From Zygnema circumcarinatum SAG 698-1b (taxonomy: Eukaryota > Plantae > Zygnematophyceae): a stretch of DNA of 64,000 bases. Below the pieces are notes generated by a model. It did not search any database and was not told the origin of the DNA. It saw only the letters and a list, made by a program, of their open reading frames with translations. Location of the stretch: positions 1,054,001 through 1,118,000 of the forward strand of contig CM074820.1 in assembly GCA_037447605.1 (NCBI GenBank). The letters run 5' to 3'. The position numbers and the translations under genes are program-made. Below, in pieces: positions 63,417-64,000 of the stretch. How positions within the stretch are numbered: position 1 is the first letter of the stretch; every line of letters begins with the position of its first letter.

Positions 63417-64000
63417 CCTTAGAGCTTAGGGTTAGGGTTTAGGGTTAGTTCTTAGGGTTTTGGGTTGAGAGCTTAGTGTCTGGGGGAGAGGGTTTAGGTT
63501 TTGGGGTTTTGGGTTCAGGGTTTAAGGTTCAAGGTTTAGGGCGTAGGGTTTGGGGTTAGGTTTTGAAGTATAGGTCTTAGGGGTTAGGAAGTAGAGTTCA
63601 GGGTTTGGTGTTTAGAGTTTAAGGCTTTGGGTTTAAGGTTCATGGCTTAGGGTTAGAAAAAGCTTAGGGTTTAGGATTTAGGATTTATAAGGTTTGGAGT
63701 TTGTATTAAGTTTGGACTATAGGGTTTATGGTTTGGGGTTTAGAGTGGGTTTGAAGATTACGTTTTAGGATTTGAGGTTTGGGGTTCAGGTTAAAGTTTT
63801 AGGTTTGAGGGCTTAGTGATTAGGGTTTGGAATTTAGGGTTGAGGGTTTAGGGCTTAGAGCTAAGGTTAAGTTTTTAAAATTACGGTTGGGGTTTAGGGT
63901 TTAGGCTTTAGGATTTCGTGTATATTGTTTCAAGGCTCACGGTCTAGGGTTTAGGATTGAGGTTTACAGTTTAGGGCTTAGGGTTTTAGGGTTTACAGTT
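63417..64000 (+). repeat. Degenerate telomere-like (T)TTAGGG repeat tract, running to the window end
   Basis: Dense TTAGGG, TTTAGGG, TTTAGGA and TTTGGGG variants, G-rich on the + strand. Confidence 0.8.

Overview
Eukaryotic, intron-rich nuclear DNA from the green-plant lineage (MGDG synthase, plastid glucose translocator, AP2/ERF and GT61 genes). The GA/CT low-complexity style suggests a streptophyte alga or other early-diverging plant; this is an inference, not an identification. It is a draft assembly with six 10-N gaps. I reconstructed eight protein-coding genes by hand from GT-AG junctions with consistent phases: a pGlcT-type sugar transporter (runs off the left edge), a GT61 glycosyltransferase with large charged insertions, a ~1,600-aa protein with three AP2 domains, a MOS2/GPKOW G-patch protein, a conserved Arg/Glu-rich protein, a leishmanolysin-like M8 metallopeptidase, MGDG synthase and a UPF0390-like small basic protein. 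A repeat-rich block (~20.4-39 kb) holds a decayed Ty1/copia, a chromodomain Ty3/gypsy, palindromic repeat arrays, a kinase pseudogene and gypsy debris. The window ends in degenerate telomere-like repeats. The most striking observation is two tiny (132 and 193 bp) TG...CA elements, each with its own perfect 5-bp target-site duplication. They share termini with the neighbouring chromovirus LTR and carry a tRNA-like (Pol III-type) cassette, a related version of which also sits in both chromovirus LTRs.
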